Notes under the pieces: model-generated
Database searches by the model: none
The model's input: only the letters and a program-made list of their open reading frames with translations
What the model was told of the DNA's origin: nothing
Part shown: positions 1 to 7,050 of the stretch, one piece after another
Layout of the letters: each line of letters begins with the position of its first letter
How positions within the stretch are numbered: the stretch's first letter is position 1
From: a virus
Virus record (IMG/VR): IMGVR_UViG_3300042509_001112
Location: 33,847-97,846 of that record
Strand: one strand, 5' to 3'
Length of the DNA: 64,000 nucleotides
Program-made: the position numbers and the translations under genes

Positions 1-205
1 TTCCATTTACAGGTGTCCACATTCTATCACATTCAAGTGGTTGTGTTGAGTGGGTGATTTTTATTTTATATCCTCCAGTAACATGATTATTACTACCAGT
101 TCTTATTTCTTTTTGTTTATCATCCCAATAATAATCTGTTTCAGAGAAATCTAAGGAATTATCTACAACAATATAGTAATCTGTGTTTATTTTTATTAGT
201 TTCAT
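1..205 (-). CDS. Hypothetical phage protein, partial (runs off the window start)
   Basis: ATG at 205, just after the stop of the SPL-like gene; reads MKLIKINTDYYIVVDNSLDF...ITHSTQPLE and stays open to position 1. Confidence 0.7.
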   Translation of the reverse strand, partial: MKLIKINTDYYIVVDNSLDFSETDYYWDDKQKEIRTGSNNHVTGGYKIKITHSTQPLECDRMWTPVNG

Positions 206-206
206 A

Positions 207-1064
207 TTAAAATATATATCTTATTGTGTTCCATGGTATTATTTTATTGTGTAATTCAATCCATTGATTAATAAATTCAGCTTTTAATTTATGGTTGTAT
301 CTAATATTTTCCCCACCATATTGAGATATTTTAAATTCTTGTATTTCTGGTTTCCATAATAAATGCTCACCTGATAAGTTATTATCTAAATTATAATGAT
401 GTTTACTTGCATTATGAGTAAGAAATATTACTTCACATTTAACTATATCTTTGTAATCTACATAAGTATTAACATAATCAAATAAATCTTCATAATCTTG
501 TAACCAATTATCATATACAACTACAGGACTAAAGTTAATATGTACATCATAACCTGCATCTATAAAAGCATCAATAGCTTTGATTCTATCAATTATCTTA
601 GAAGTATTAGGTTCTAACTCATTTGATATGTTTTGAGGCATTAAACTAAATCTAATACGTATTTTACCTTCAGGATTAAATTTAGTTAAATTAGGATTTA
701 CATATTTAGTAGCTAAGCTACCCATTGCTATTGGATGTTCTTTAAAGAATTGAAATATTCTTTCCCATTCATGATATTTAGCATGCAAAGCAAAATCTTC
801 ATTACAAGATAAATCATATGTTACATATTGATGGTGAGTTTGATTAGGTTTATCTACACTAGCAAACCATGCATGATTATTAATTTCTGTTAATATATCA
901 TTAGTATTTTTAGATATAGATAATCCAGTATGGTTATGTCTTTTCATATAACAGTAAGAACAATTATATAAACAGCCATAACCAAAACTCGGACTAATAA
1001 AATCAGTAGACCTACCACTAGGTCTTATTAACATAGATTTTCTATTTATCTGTTTTATTATCAT
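207..1064 (-). CDS. Spore photoproduct lyase-like radical SAM protein
   Basis: CxxxCxxC motif (GCLYNCSYCYM); DLSCNED matches the SplB EASCTSD region; RIRFSLMP and NFSPVV motifs. Confidence 0.85.
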   Translation of the reverse strand: MIIKQINRKSMLIRPSGRSTDFISPSFGYGCLYNCSYCYMKRHNHTGLSISKNTNDILTEINNHAWFASVDKPNQTHHQYVTYDLSCNEDFALHAKYHEWERIFQFFKEHPIAMGSLATKYVNPNLTKFNPEGKIRIRFSLMPQNISNELEPNTSKIIDRIKAIDAFIDAGYDVHINFSPVVVYDNWLQDYEDLFDYVNTYVDYKDIVKCEVIFLTHNASKHHYNLDNNLSGEHLLWKPEIQEFKISQYGGENIRYNHKLKAEFINQWIELHNKIIPWNTIRYIF

Positions 1065-1248
1065 TTTGTTTAATCAATGAACTTAAAAATATTTTCATTG
1101 TTCTACCACCATCTTGCATACTAATTTCTGCAATATCAAAATCACCTAACTCTTTATATAGAGTTAACATTCTACCAACAGAATAATCATTTTTAGCATG
1201 ATTAATTACTTCTATTCTTGTTATTTTACTATCATCAATTCCTTTCAT
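1042..1248 (-). CDS. Hypothetical protein
   Basis: 68-aa ORF overlapping both neighbours in the operon. Confidence 0.7.
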   Translation of the reverse strand: MKGIDDSKITRIEVINHAKNDYSVGRMLTLYKELGDFDIAEISMQDGGRTMKIFLSSLIKQNDNKTDK

Positions 1249-1772
1249 TATTTCATATTTTTAAGTTTATAAATATAACTACTATCTTCAGCATATTTAC
1301 CATCAATAGCTTTTAAATATCTATTTTGTATTTTTATATAATGTTCTAAACACTCAGTATAAGTATTATATACTCTGTATTTATTACCTTTTTTAATACC
1401 TAATAAGTTTTTATTAGTTTTAACTAATTTAGATGTATAATTACCTGATTCTAACTTAATTTGAGCTAATGCTACATTAGGTAATACACAACCTAATTCT
1501 ACTAATTTAACAGTAATAGCACTATCATTTAATTCAACATCTTGAACTTTATTAGTTTTAATAGTTTTAAATATTTTATAATCATTAGCTGAATTACAAG
1601 TAAATACTAATACAGTAATAACTGTTATTACAAGAAATAGTGTAATTGCTGTTACAACACTATCATTGTAAGTTTTACATTCATTTTTACATTTTTTACA
1701 AATGTATTTGTTGTCTACTACTTGCTTAACATTTTCATAACAACAACTTGATTTTAAGATTGGATTTTTCAT
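1248..1772 (-). CDS. Membrane-anchored glucosaminidase (GH73-like) peptidoglycan hydrolase
   Basis: ALAQIKLESG, NLLGIK and YAEDSSY motifs; one TM helix; Cys-rich N-terminus. Confidence 0.7.
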   Translation of the reverse strand: MKNPILKSSCCYENVKQVVDNKYICKKCKNECKTYNDSVVTAITLFLVITVITVLVFTCNSANDYKIFKTIKTNKVQDVELNDSAITVKLVELGCVLPNVALAQIKLESGNYTSKLVKTNKNLLGIKKGNKYRVYNTYTECLEHYIKIQNRYLKAIDGKYAEDSSYIYKLKNMK

Positions 1773-1792
1773 ATTATTTTATTTAATAATTT

Positions 1793-1883
1793 GTAGTCAG
1801 GACGAGATTTGAACTCGCATCTCCTATACTAATATAGGGCGTTACCAATTGTGGTATTTATTCCCACTTACGCCACCTGACCA
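1793..1883 (-). ncRNA. tRNA-like element, copy 1 (D-loop hairpin insert, 4-nt anticodon loop)
   Basis: Acceptor TGGTCAGG/CCTGACTA; D-stem GCGT/ACGC; stem CTATA-TTAG-TATAG; T-arm GCGAG-TTCAAAT-CTCGT. Confidence 0.75.
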
Positions 1884-1965
1884 TTTTGCCACTTATTCTC
1901 TTACCCTTTTATATCGTGACTAACCTGCTTTACTTAAACGAGTTTTTCAAGGGTACAGGTTATTT

Positions 1966-2049
1966 GTAGTCAGGACAGGATTGATAGAAGTAACTACTCA
2001 TCCTCACTTACTTTTGATTGGATAAACTACCAATTCCGCCACCTGACTA
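1966..2049 (-). ncRNA. tRNA-like element, copy 2 (same ends, interior replaced; folds as a rod)
   Basis: TAGTCAGGTGGCGGAATTGGTAG...AATCCTGTCCTGACTAC; lacks the 3' D strand and 5' T strand. Confidence 0.65.
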
Positions 2050-2055
2050 TATTAT

Positions 2056-2310
2056 TTATACATTATGTGTTAATTCATCCATTGTTGGTGTGAACCTATA
2101 CGCAGCTTCTTGAAGAATTGAAAACTGAACCATCATCATACGTTCGTAAGTCTCTCCACCTGCAATCTTTTGAACCATTTTACACTTTTCCCTTATAATA
2201 CCTTCCATACGGATAATACCTTGGGGACCATCTTCTTTCATTTCTTGAATTACCTGAGCCAATTCTTCATCGGACATTTCAGAAAATACTTTTGTTACTT
2301 CGTTTACCAT
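2056..2310 (-). CDS. Hypothetical protein between tRNA-like copies 3 and 2
   Basis: 84-aa ORF with A-rich leader AAAACAAATAAC-ATG, the same leader as ORF 4089-4280. Confidence 0.75.
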   Translation of the reverse strand: MVNEVTKVFSEMSDEELAQVIQEMKEDGPQGIIRMEGIIREKCKMVQKIAGGETYERMMMVQFSILQEAAYRFTPTMDELTHNV

Positions 2311-2330
2311 GTTATTTGTTTTTAAATTTA

Positions 2331-2492
2331 GTAGTCAGGACAGGATTCGAACCTGTATGATAGTAGGGTATGTACACTCCCCATTTGAAGAACTACCTTA
2401 AGCGTCTACCAAGTTACATTGACCTCGTAGTGGATTCTAACCACATTATTTTTACGTCTAGAACGAGGTTGTAACATTCCGCCACCTGACTA
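2331..2492 (-). ncRNA. tRNA-like element, copy 3 (63-nt D-loop insert, non-canonical anticodon domain)
   Basis: TAGTCAGG-TG-GCGGAAT[insert]TTGGTAGACGC...ACAGG-TTCGAAT-CCTGT-CCTGACTAC. Confidence 0.75.
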
Positions 2493-2496
2493 TGTT

Positions 2497-2574
2497 GAGG
2501 ATGAGAAGTCCTCTGTGTTGTAGTGGCTTTTCCATTCCCACTCTCATTCATTCCTTTCTCAAGGGAACAACACA
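2497..2574 (-). ncRNA. Structured RNA candidate with kissing loops, directly 5' of copy 3
   Basis: Stems TGTGTTG/CAACACA, TTCC/GGAA, GTGG/CCAC, GAGGA/TCCTC; loops TGAGAA and TTCTCA are complementary. Confidence 0.55.
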
Positions 2575-2581
2575 TTAATTA

Positions 2582-2607
2582 AGAGAGTAGTATTTCTACT
2601 ACTCTCT
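2582..2607 (-). terminator. Hairpin (terminator or processing site) after ORF 2617-3216
   Basis: Perfect 11-bp stem AGAGAGTAGTA-GAAA-TACTACTCTCT; weak U tract. Confidence 0.55.
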
Positions 2608-2616
2608 ATTAATTGA

Positions 2617-3216
2617 TTAAGCTAAAGACTCTAATACAGCTTTAGTACTAGCTGCTACTGTAGCAGTAGGTACAGATACTTTAGTTTCAACTCTCATATC
2701 TACATCACCAAATACATTAGCATTTGCAGATTCTTTATGATTGGTATAATCATTTACAAAGAATCCAGTAGAATACTGAATAGGTTGAACTACATTACCA
2801 GCACTGTCTTTAATTACATGCTTATCTTGCAACTGTTCTTTAGTTACAATACCAGCACTTAGAGCATACTTTTGCTCATCTGTTAATACATCAACAAGTT
2901 TATTGCTGTATTTCTTGCAGATTCTAGCTTTAGGTTTAGTAGCAAGCATTGCTTCTACTTGTTCTTTAGTTACACCATTTGGAACTAATACCCATGCCAT
3001 ACGAGTACTCTTGTACTCAGTTCCTTCGATATTAAATGCTTCAATATCAAATAAACTATCAGACATACTATTCTCTACTTTCTTACCTGGATAAGTAGAA
3101 ATAATTATTTGTCTAATTTGAGCTTGCTTAAATTCAGGCCCTTTTAATGAATCTACAATACCATCTACAGTAATTGCGTTAAATTCTTTGCTGATTCCAT
3201 TTACAGTTGTTTTCAT
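2617..3216 (-). CDS. Hypothetical protein
   Basis: 199-aa ORF with phage-typical codon usage. Confidence 0.8.
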   Translation of the reverse strand: MKTTVNGISKEFNAITVDGIVDSLKGPEFKQAQIRQIIISTYPGKKVENSMSDSLFDIEAFNIEGTEYKSTRMAWVLVPNGVTKEQVEAMLATKPKARICKKYSNKLVDVLTDEQKYALSAGIVTKEQLQDKHVIKDSAGNVVQPIQYSTGFFVNDYTNHKESANANVFGDVDMRVETKVSVPTATVAASTKAVLESLA

Positions 3217-3247
3217 CTTGATTTAGTTTTAATAATTAATAATTAGT

Positions 3248-3610
3248 TTAATAGTTTGGTTCTTGTATAGCAATTTTAACTGCTTGTTTAAACTTTTGTT
3301 GAAATTTAGGAAACTTAATAAACATAAAGCAATCAGCTAGTTCATTTCGATGATTTAGTTCAATTTTAAATGCATCTAACCATTCTTTGCTATTACGCCC
3401 ATTAATTTTATCCTTAGGCTTATTTTGTAATTGTTTAATACAACTTCTGATATGATTGGTATCCATATATTTTAAATATGTATCACCCCATTTCCAGTTG
3501 CTAGAGCTACTAAATTTTCTAACAATACCATTTTCTTTTTGATAAATGCTAGAATTTAATTTAGCAAATCTTTCTTTAGGACTCATCTGAGTCTGTTGCG
3601 TATTTTTCAT
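3248..3610 (-). CDS. Hypothetical protein
   Basis: 120-aa ORF in operon. Confidence 0.75.
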   Translation of the reverse strand: MKNTQQTQMSPKERFAKLNSSIYQKENGIVRKFSSSSNWKWGDTYLKYMDTNHIRSCIKQLQNKPKDKINGRNSKEWLDAFKIELNHRNELADCFMFIKFPKFQQKFKQAVKIAIQEPNY

Positions 3611-3818
3611 TGTTTTCTAATTGTTTTATATCAACAATATTTTGCTGATTGGTTTGTAATTCGTTTTCTGATTTAGTTTTCCAAATAGGTAGTCTATTAA
3701 CACAGATACCAATAGGAAGGTATAGAATACCTCCTATTGATTTTCCGTATTGCTTTAAATCAGACCATTTGCTAGCTTTAACAGTTAGCTTTGTATCTAT
3801 ATTTAAAGGTTCTTTCAT
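3576..3818 (-). CDS. Hypothetical protein
   Basis: 80-aa ORF; ATGA overlap with upstream gene. Confidence 0.65.
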   Translation of the reverse strand: MKEPLNIDTKLTVKASKWSDLKQYGKSIGGILYLPIGICVNRLPIWKTKSENELQTNQQNIVDIKQLENNEKYATDSDES

Positions 3819-4099
3819 GCTACTTTAAGTACTATGTTGAACATTAATTTTCTTTTGTATCCAACAATAGCTTCAATAAATTGATCTCTTAAAGTTTTAT
3901 TGTAACTACTTAATTTAGCTTTTTTAATAAGAGCTCTTTCATTTTCAGATTTAGCTTCTCTTAAATCAGTTAATGGTAATAGGTGAGGAGGTCTAAGTCC
4001 TTCTTTAACCATTTGAGCATCATTAGAGCAATTAACTTGTAATTTAGCTAATTCAGGATCGTTTGGATGTCTTAATACAGATTTCATGTTATTCTTCAA
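3815..4099 (-). CDS. Hypothetical protein
   Basis: 94-aa ORF overlapping neighbours. Confidence 0.7.
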   Translation of the reverse strand: MKNNMKSVLRHPNDPELAKLQVNCSNDAQMVKEGLRPPHLLPLTDLREAKSENERALIKKAKLSSYNKTLRDQFIEAIVGYKRKLMFNIVLKVA

Positions 4100-4280
4100 T
4101 TAATTGGTTAATAATGTCTTCCTCACTATTTAAGATTTCTCTTACATCATATAATTGTTCTTCTAAATCAGCTTTTTGTTCTAAAAAGTCTTCTTCAGTA
4201 ATACCAATCATTTGATCATAATCAGATTGTAGTGAATCAATTTGATTTTGTAAATCTTTTTCTAATTCAGATGCTGTCAT
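4089..4280 (-). CDS. Small acidic coiled-coil protein
   Basis: 63 aa, very D/E-rich. Confidence 0.7.
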   Translation of the reverse strand: MTASELEKDLQNQIDSLQSDYDQMIGITEEDFLEQKADLEEQLYDVREILNSEEDIINQLIEE

Positions 4281-4296
4281 GTTATTTGTTTTAAGG

Positions 4297-4521
4297 TTAA
4301 TAATTAGATTTCAATACGTGGTCAATGTAACTACCTGCAATTAGTGTACCTACAAATGTTGATGCCCAAAATGGAGGACAGCATACTGTACAATCTGCAA
4401 TTGTGTAATCTGTACCAATAGCTACAAAGAATGCAATTACAAATGGTACTAATGCTCCTAAGAATAGGGTAGATAGCAATATTACAGTTGCTTCTAATAC
4501 TTTGTTTAATAGTGTTTTCAT
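4297..4521 (-). CDS. Small membrane protein with 2 TM helices
   Basis: Hydrophobic ORF; start more likely at MKTLL (about 4521) than at 4545. Confidence 0.65.
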   Translation of the reverse strand: MKTLLNKVLEATVILLSTLFLGALVPFVIAFFVAIGTDYTIADCTVCCPPFWASTFVGTLIAGSYIDHVLKSNY

Positions 4522-4536
4522 GTATTTTAGTATTAA

Positions 4537-4570
4537 TAAGAACAAGACTTAATTAAAAGCCTTGTTCTTA
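4537..4570. terminator. Intergenic hairpin
   Basis: TAAGAACAAG/CTTGTTCTTA 10-bp inverted repeat downstream of ORF 4581-5036. Confidence 0.45.
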
Positions 4571-4580
4571 TAGTTAATAA

Positions 4581-5036
4581 TTAGATATTTAAATAACTAG
4601 CTGATATCCATGAATTACGTGTTTCCAATTCACCTTTTTTATTAGGTATTTGGTATTCTACGTGTAGTTGATTATCAGCATATTCGTTAATATCAATTAC
4701 TTTTACTTGTTTTACATAACCATAAACAGTATTATTTTGCTCTTTACTTTCTTCTGTCCAATAACCATATACTTTATAATCTTTAGTATGATATGTATTA
4801 CCTATTTCAGCAATAATTTCTTTTCTAAAGCCATTCATAGCAGACATTATTCTGCTTAGTAATATGGTATCTTTTGAAGATGCTCTACCAATAATTTGTT
4901 CTACAACAGTATCAGCATAAGGTGAATCTTCTTTAAACATTCCTCTTAATTGTTGAGCAATAGCATCTACTTCTATTTCAATGCTAATAGTTTGATTAAA
5001 TCTTTTCATTGTGTTTTGTGTTTTAATTGTTTTCAT
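4581..5036 (-). CDS. Hypothetical protein
   Basis: 151-aa ORF. Confidence 0.75.
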   Translation of the reverse strand: MKTIKTQNTMKRFNQTISIEIEVDAIAQQLRGMFKEDSPYADTVVEQIIGRASSKDTILLSRIMSAMNGFRKEIIAEIGNTYHTKDYKVYGYWTEESKEQNNTVYGYVKQVKVIDINEYADNQLHVEYQIPNKKGELETRNSWISASYLNI

Positions 5037-5073
5037 GTGTTTTTATTTGATTGTTAGTTAATTATTGTGTTTT

Positions 5074-5300
5074 ACACCTAAAACTTTGATATAGTACAGC
5101 AAGAGTTCTCTATTGTACTTTCATTCTTACTACCTTAACAGCTTCCTTTGTGCATATCTGCATCAACATCAGAGTTTCAGCTAATTAAGCTAAGGAGTAT
5201 AAGACCGACCTTACACTAACTTGTAATTAAATCTCAAAATATACCTTATAGGTGCTGAATGAGTATTACAATATTGTTAGTATATCAAAGAAACTGGTGT
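5074..5300 (-). ncRNA. Multi-branched structured RNA candidate
   Basis: Closing stems CTTTGATATA/TATATCAAAG (5084-5093 and 5281-5290) plus ACACC/GGTGT; several inner hairpins; no ORF. Confidence 0.5.
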
Positions 5301-5343
5301 CCTCAACATCTTGGAAAGTTATTGAGTTTTTTAAAAATCCCTT

Positions 5344-5468
5344 TGCACTCAGTTGTAATAGAAAGACTGACGTCTTTTGAGTTGTAGTTCAGGGTGTTAA
5401 AGGTCCTGGTGGGCTACACATACTTACCCTTCAATTGGATATTACAACTGTTACCTTACGGTAGTGCA
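5344..5468 (-). ncRNA. Structured RNA candidate
   Basis: TGCACT/AGTGCA; perfect 11-bp CAGTTGTAATA/TATTACAACTG; ACC-GTAA-GGT GNRA hairpin on the minus strand. Confidence 0.55.
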
Positions 5469-5563
5469 TTGAGATGTGAGAAACAATAAGGCTGTTTATC
5501 CACAAACAACAAACGCTTTGTATTTAACACTACGGTTGTTTGTATAACACTTATAGCACCTTA

Positions 5564-5899
5564 TTAAATGTATTTCCTAGGCATAGGCATTTCACCTCCT
5601 TGACGCAAACACCAATGGTAAGAACCAGAACTACATTCAGTTCGATAACCTGTACCAAGTTTACCATCAAAGACACAATCTTTAATTTCAGGAAGATAAT
5701 TCATAGATAAAAGTTGTTTGTTTGTTACAAACATTATTTTATACCATTTATTATCTCCATTGAAATTATTATTTGTCTTAACACGCTTAGCCGATATGTC
5801 TTTAAATACATAAATAACCTTCTTATAATAATCTTTATAAGCTGGTTTATTATTGTATAAGCCATAACTGTAATTTGAGTTTGTGTTATTAATAATCAT
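5564..5899 (-). CDS. Hypothetical protein
   Basis: 111-aa ORF. Confidence 0.7.
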   Translation of the reverse strand: MIINNTNSNYSYGLYNNKPAYKDYYKKVIYVFKDISAKRVKTNNNFNGDNKWYKIMFVTNKQLLSMNYLPEIKDCVFDGKLGTGYRTECSSGSYHWCLRQGGEMPMPRKYI

Positions 5900-5932
5900 A
5901 ATTTATGGTTTAAATTGTTGAAAATAAAAAAT

Positions 5933-6253
5933 GGATGTGTTTAACCTACACATCCGTAGAACCTGCATTGTTTGGTTGATGCCAAAATACAGCTTATATA
6001 CTCTTTCTCATATCACTTTGCCAGTTTTGAAAGAATGTAAATCTCAGGCTGTTAAGAATAACAGTATTACTAATGCTCTAATTTCGTTCATTCAGCTGTT
6101 GGTTATAAATCAACAGCTCAGTCTTCTACGTTAGTTTGTTTCAACATAAAGAGTATCAATCTTTACGTTATACGCTTTTTAGCTCATAGTGGAGCCTGTT
6201 TATTTTGAAACATGGTAGGACAGAGCTCACGAAGAGATGTCCTTTAAACCATG
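5933..6253 (-). ncRNA. Cluster of adjacent stem-loops (structured intergenic RNA candidate)
   Basis: GGATGTGT/ACACATCC, CGTAGAA/TTCTACG, AGCTGTTGGTT/AATCAACAGCT, TGTTTCAA/TTGAAACA, CATGGT/ACCATG; strand inferred from the operon. Confidence 0.45.
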
Positions 6254-6260
6254 CAATATT

Positions 6261-6470
6261 TTAGAATATACTTGGAACAGCAATCCATTGTAAAGCACGA
6301 CCTTGATATTCTTTATCAACAATAACATATTGTATTGTATTACCTGCTAGTAAACTATTAAAGTGTTTACGAGAGATAAAGTAAGTATCCCATGTATTAT
6401 CAATATGAATACATACTGAAGCTCTGTTCATACGAATGAGTTGGATTTGGTTTTTAGATAGTGTTTTCAT
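6261..6470 (-). CDS. Hypothetical protein
   Basis: 69-aa ORF. Confidence 0.65.
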   Translation of the reverse strand: MKTLSKNQIQLIRMNRASVCIHIDNTWDTYFISRKHFNSLLAGNTIQYVIVDKEYQGRALQWIAVPSIF

Positions 6471-6533
6471 TGTGCTATATGTTTAGATGGTTAGTTTTTA
6501 GATAGATAGATAAAAAAGTTTTAGTAATGTCCG

Positions 6534-6809
6534 TTAGGACACTACTAAAAACTCTAACTCTTTAAACTTGCAGACTTGGACAAGACCTGTAAGGTCGTCT
6601 AGGTCTGCACCACTCTTAACAGCAAGGCGCCAGCCGCCTGGCATTTGCAAATAGTAACTATCTTCTTTCTTCCCAGCCGTAGGCTCGGGAAGATTTTCAG
6701 GGTTGCTAATTTGCACCAAATCAGTGTACTCCGTTAAACTTACTTTATAACCTGCAGCTTCAGCAAAGGTTTTAAGTTTTTCAACGGTAGTTGTGGGTAA
6801 TTTTTTCAT
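6534..6809 (-). CDS. Hypothetical protein, first gene of the left arm, GC-richer than its neighbours
   Basis: 91-aa ORF with A-rich leader. Confidence 0.7.
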   Translation of the reverse strand: MKKLPTTTVEKLKTFAEAAGYKVSLTEYTDLVQISNPENLPEPTAGKKEDSYYLQMPGGWRLAVKSGADLDDLTGLVQVCKFKELEFLVVS

Positions 6810-6840
6810 AATTTTATTTATTAACTTGTTAATAATCTAG

Positions 6841-6901
6841 GCAGGGCACTATGCCCCGCAATATTTAGGGTGAGTGGGCTTAAAGGAGGAGGTCCTCCCA
6901 C
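6841..6901. promoter_or_regulatory. GC-rich double hairpin at the divergence point
   Basis: GGGCA-CTA-TGCCC and GGAGG-AGGT-CCTCC (alternative GTGGG/CCCAC). Confidence 0.4.
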
Positions 6902-6911
6902 ATATATTCTC

Positions 6912-6963
6912 AAAACAATTTTTAAAATTTTCTAAAAAATTTTCTAAAAAATTTTATTTTTTT
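6912..6963. repeat. Phased A/T tracts (TTTTCTAAAAAA x2 plus degenerate copies)
   Basis: aatttttaaaattttctaaaaaattttctaaaaaattttattttttt. Confidence 0.6.
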
Positions 6964-7011
6964 AATTACATTTAGCTATTTATTGCTTAACATTCTTTAA
7001 CAATAAATCAC

Positions 7012-7040
7012 TTGACTTTTTAATATTATGATATATATTG
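7012..7040 (+). promoter_or_regulatory. Putative rightward promoter
   Basis: TTGACT-16 nt-TATATT(G); resembles both the sigma70 consensus and the Bacteroidota TTG...TAnnTTTG consensus. Confidence 0.45.
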
Positions 7041-7050
7041 TACACGTATC

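Noticed and set aside
1793-2492. Functional tRNA genes or a CRISPR array
   Set aside because: No canonical 7-nt anticodon loops; unit and spacer lengths are irregular and no cas genes are present
2497-2574. Hammerhead or HDV-like theta ribozyme
   Set aside because: No CUGAUGA/GAAA core and no nested double-pseudoknot pattern; it lies 5' rather than 3' of the tRNA-like element
5931-6134. Plus-strand 67-aa ORF (also 2903-3094 and 4668-4859)
   Set aside because: Antisense to the left-arm operon with no protein-like features; 5931-6134 coincides with stem-loops
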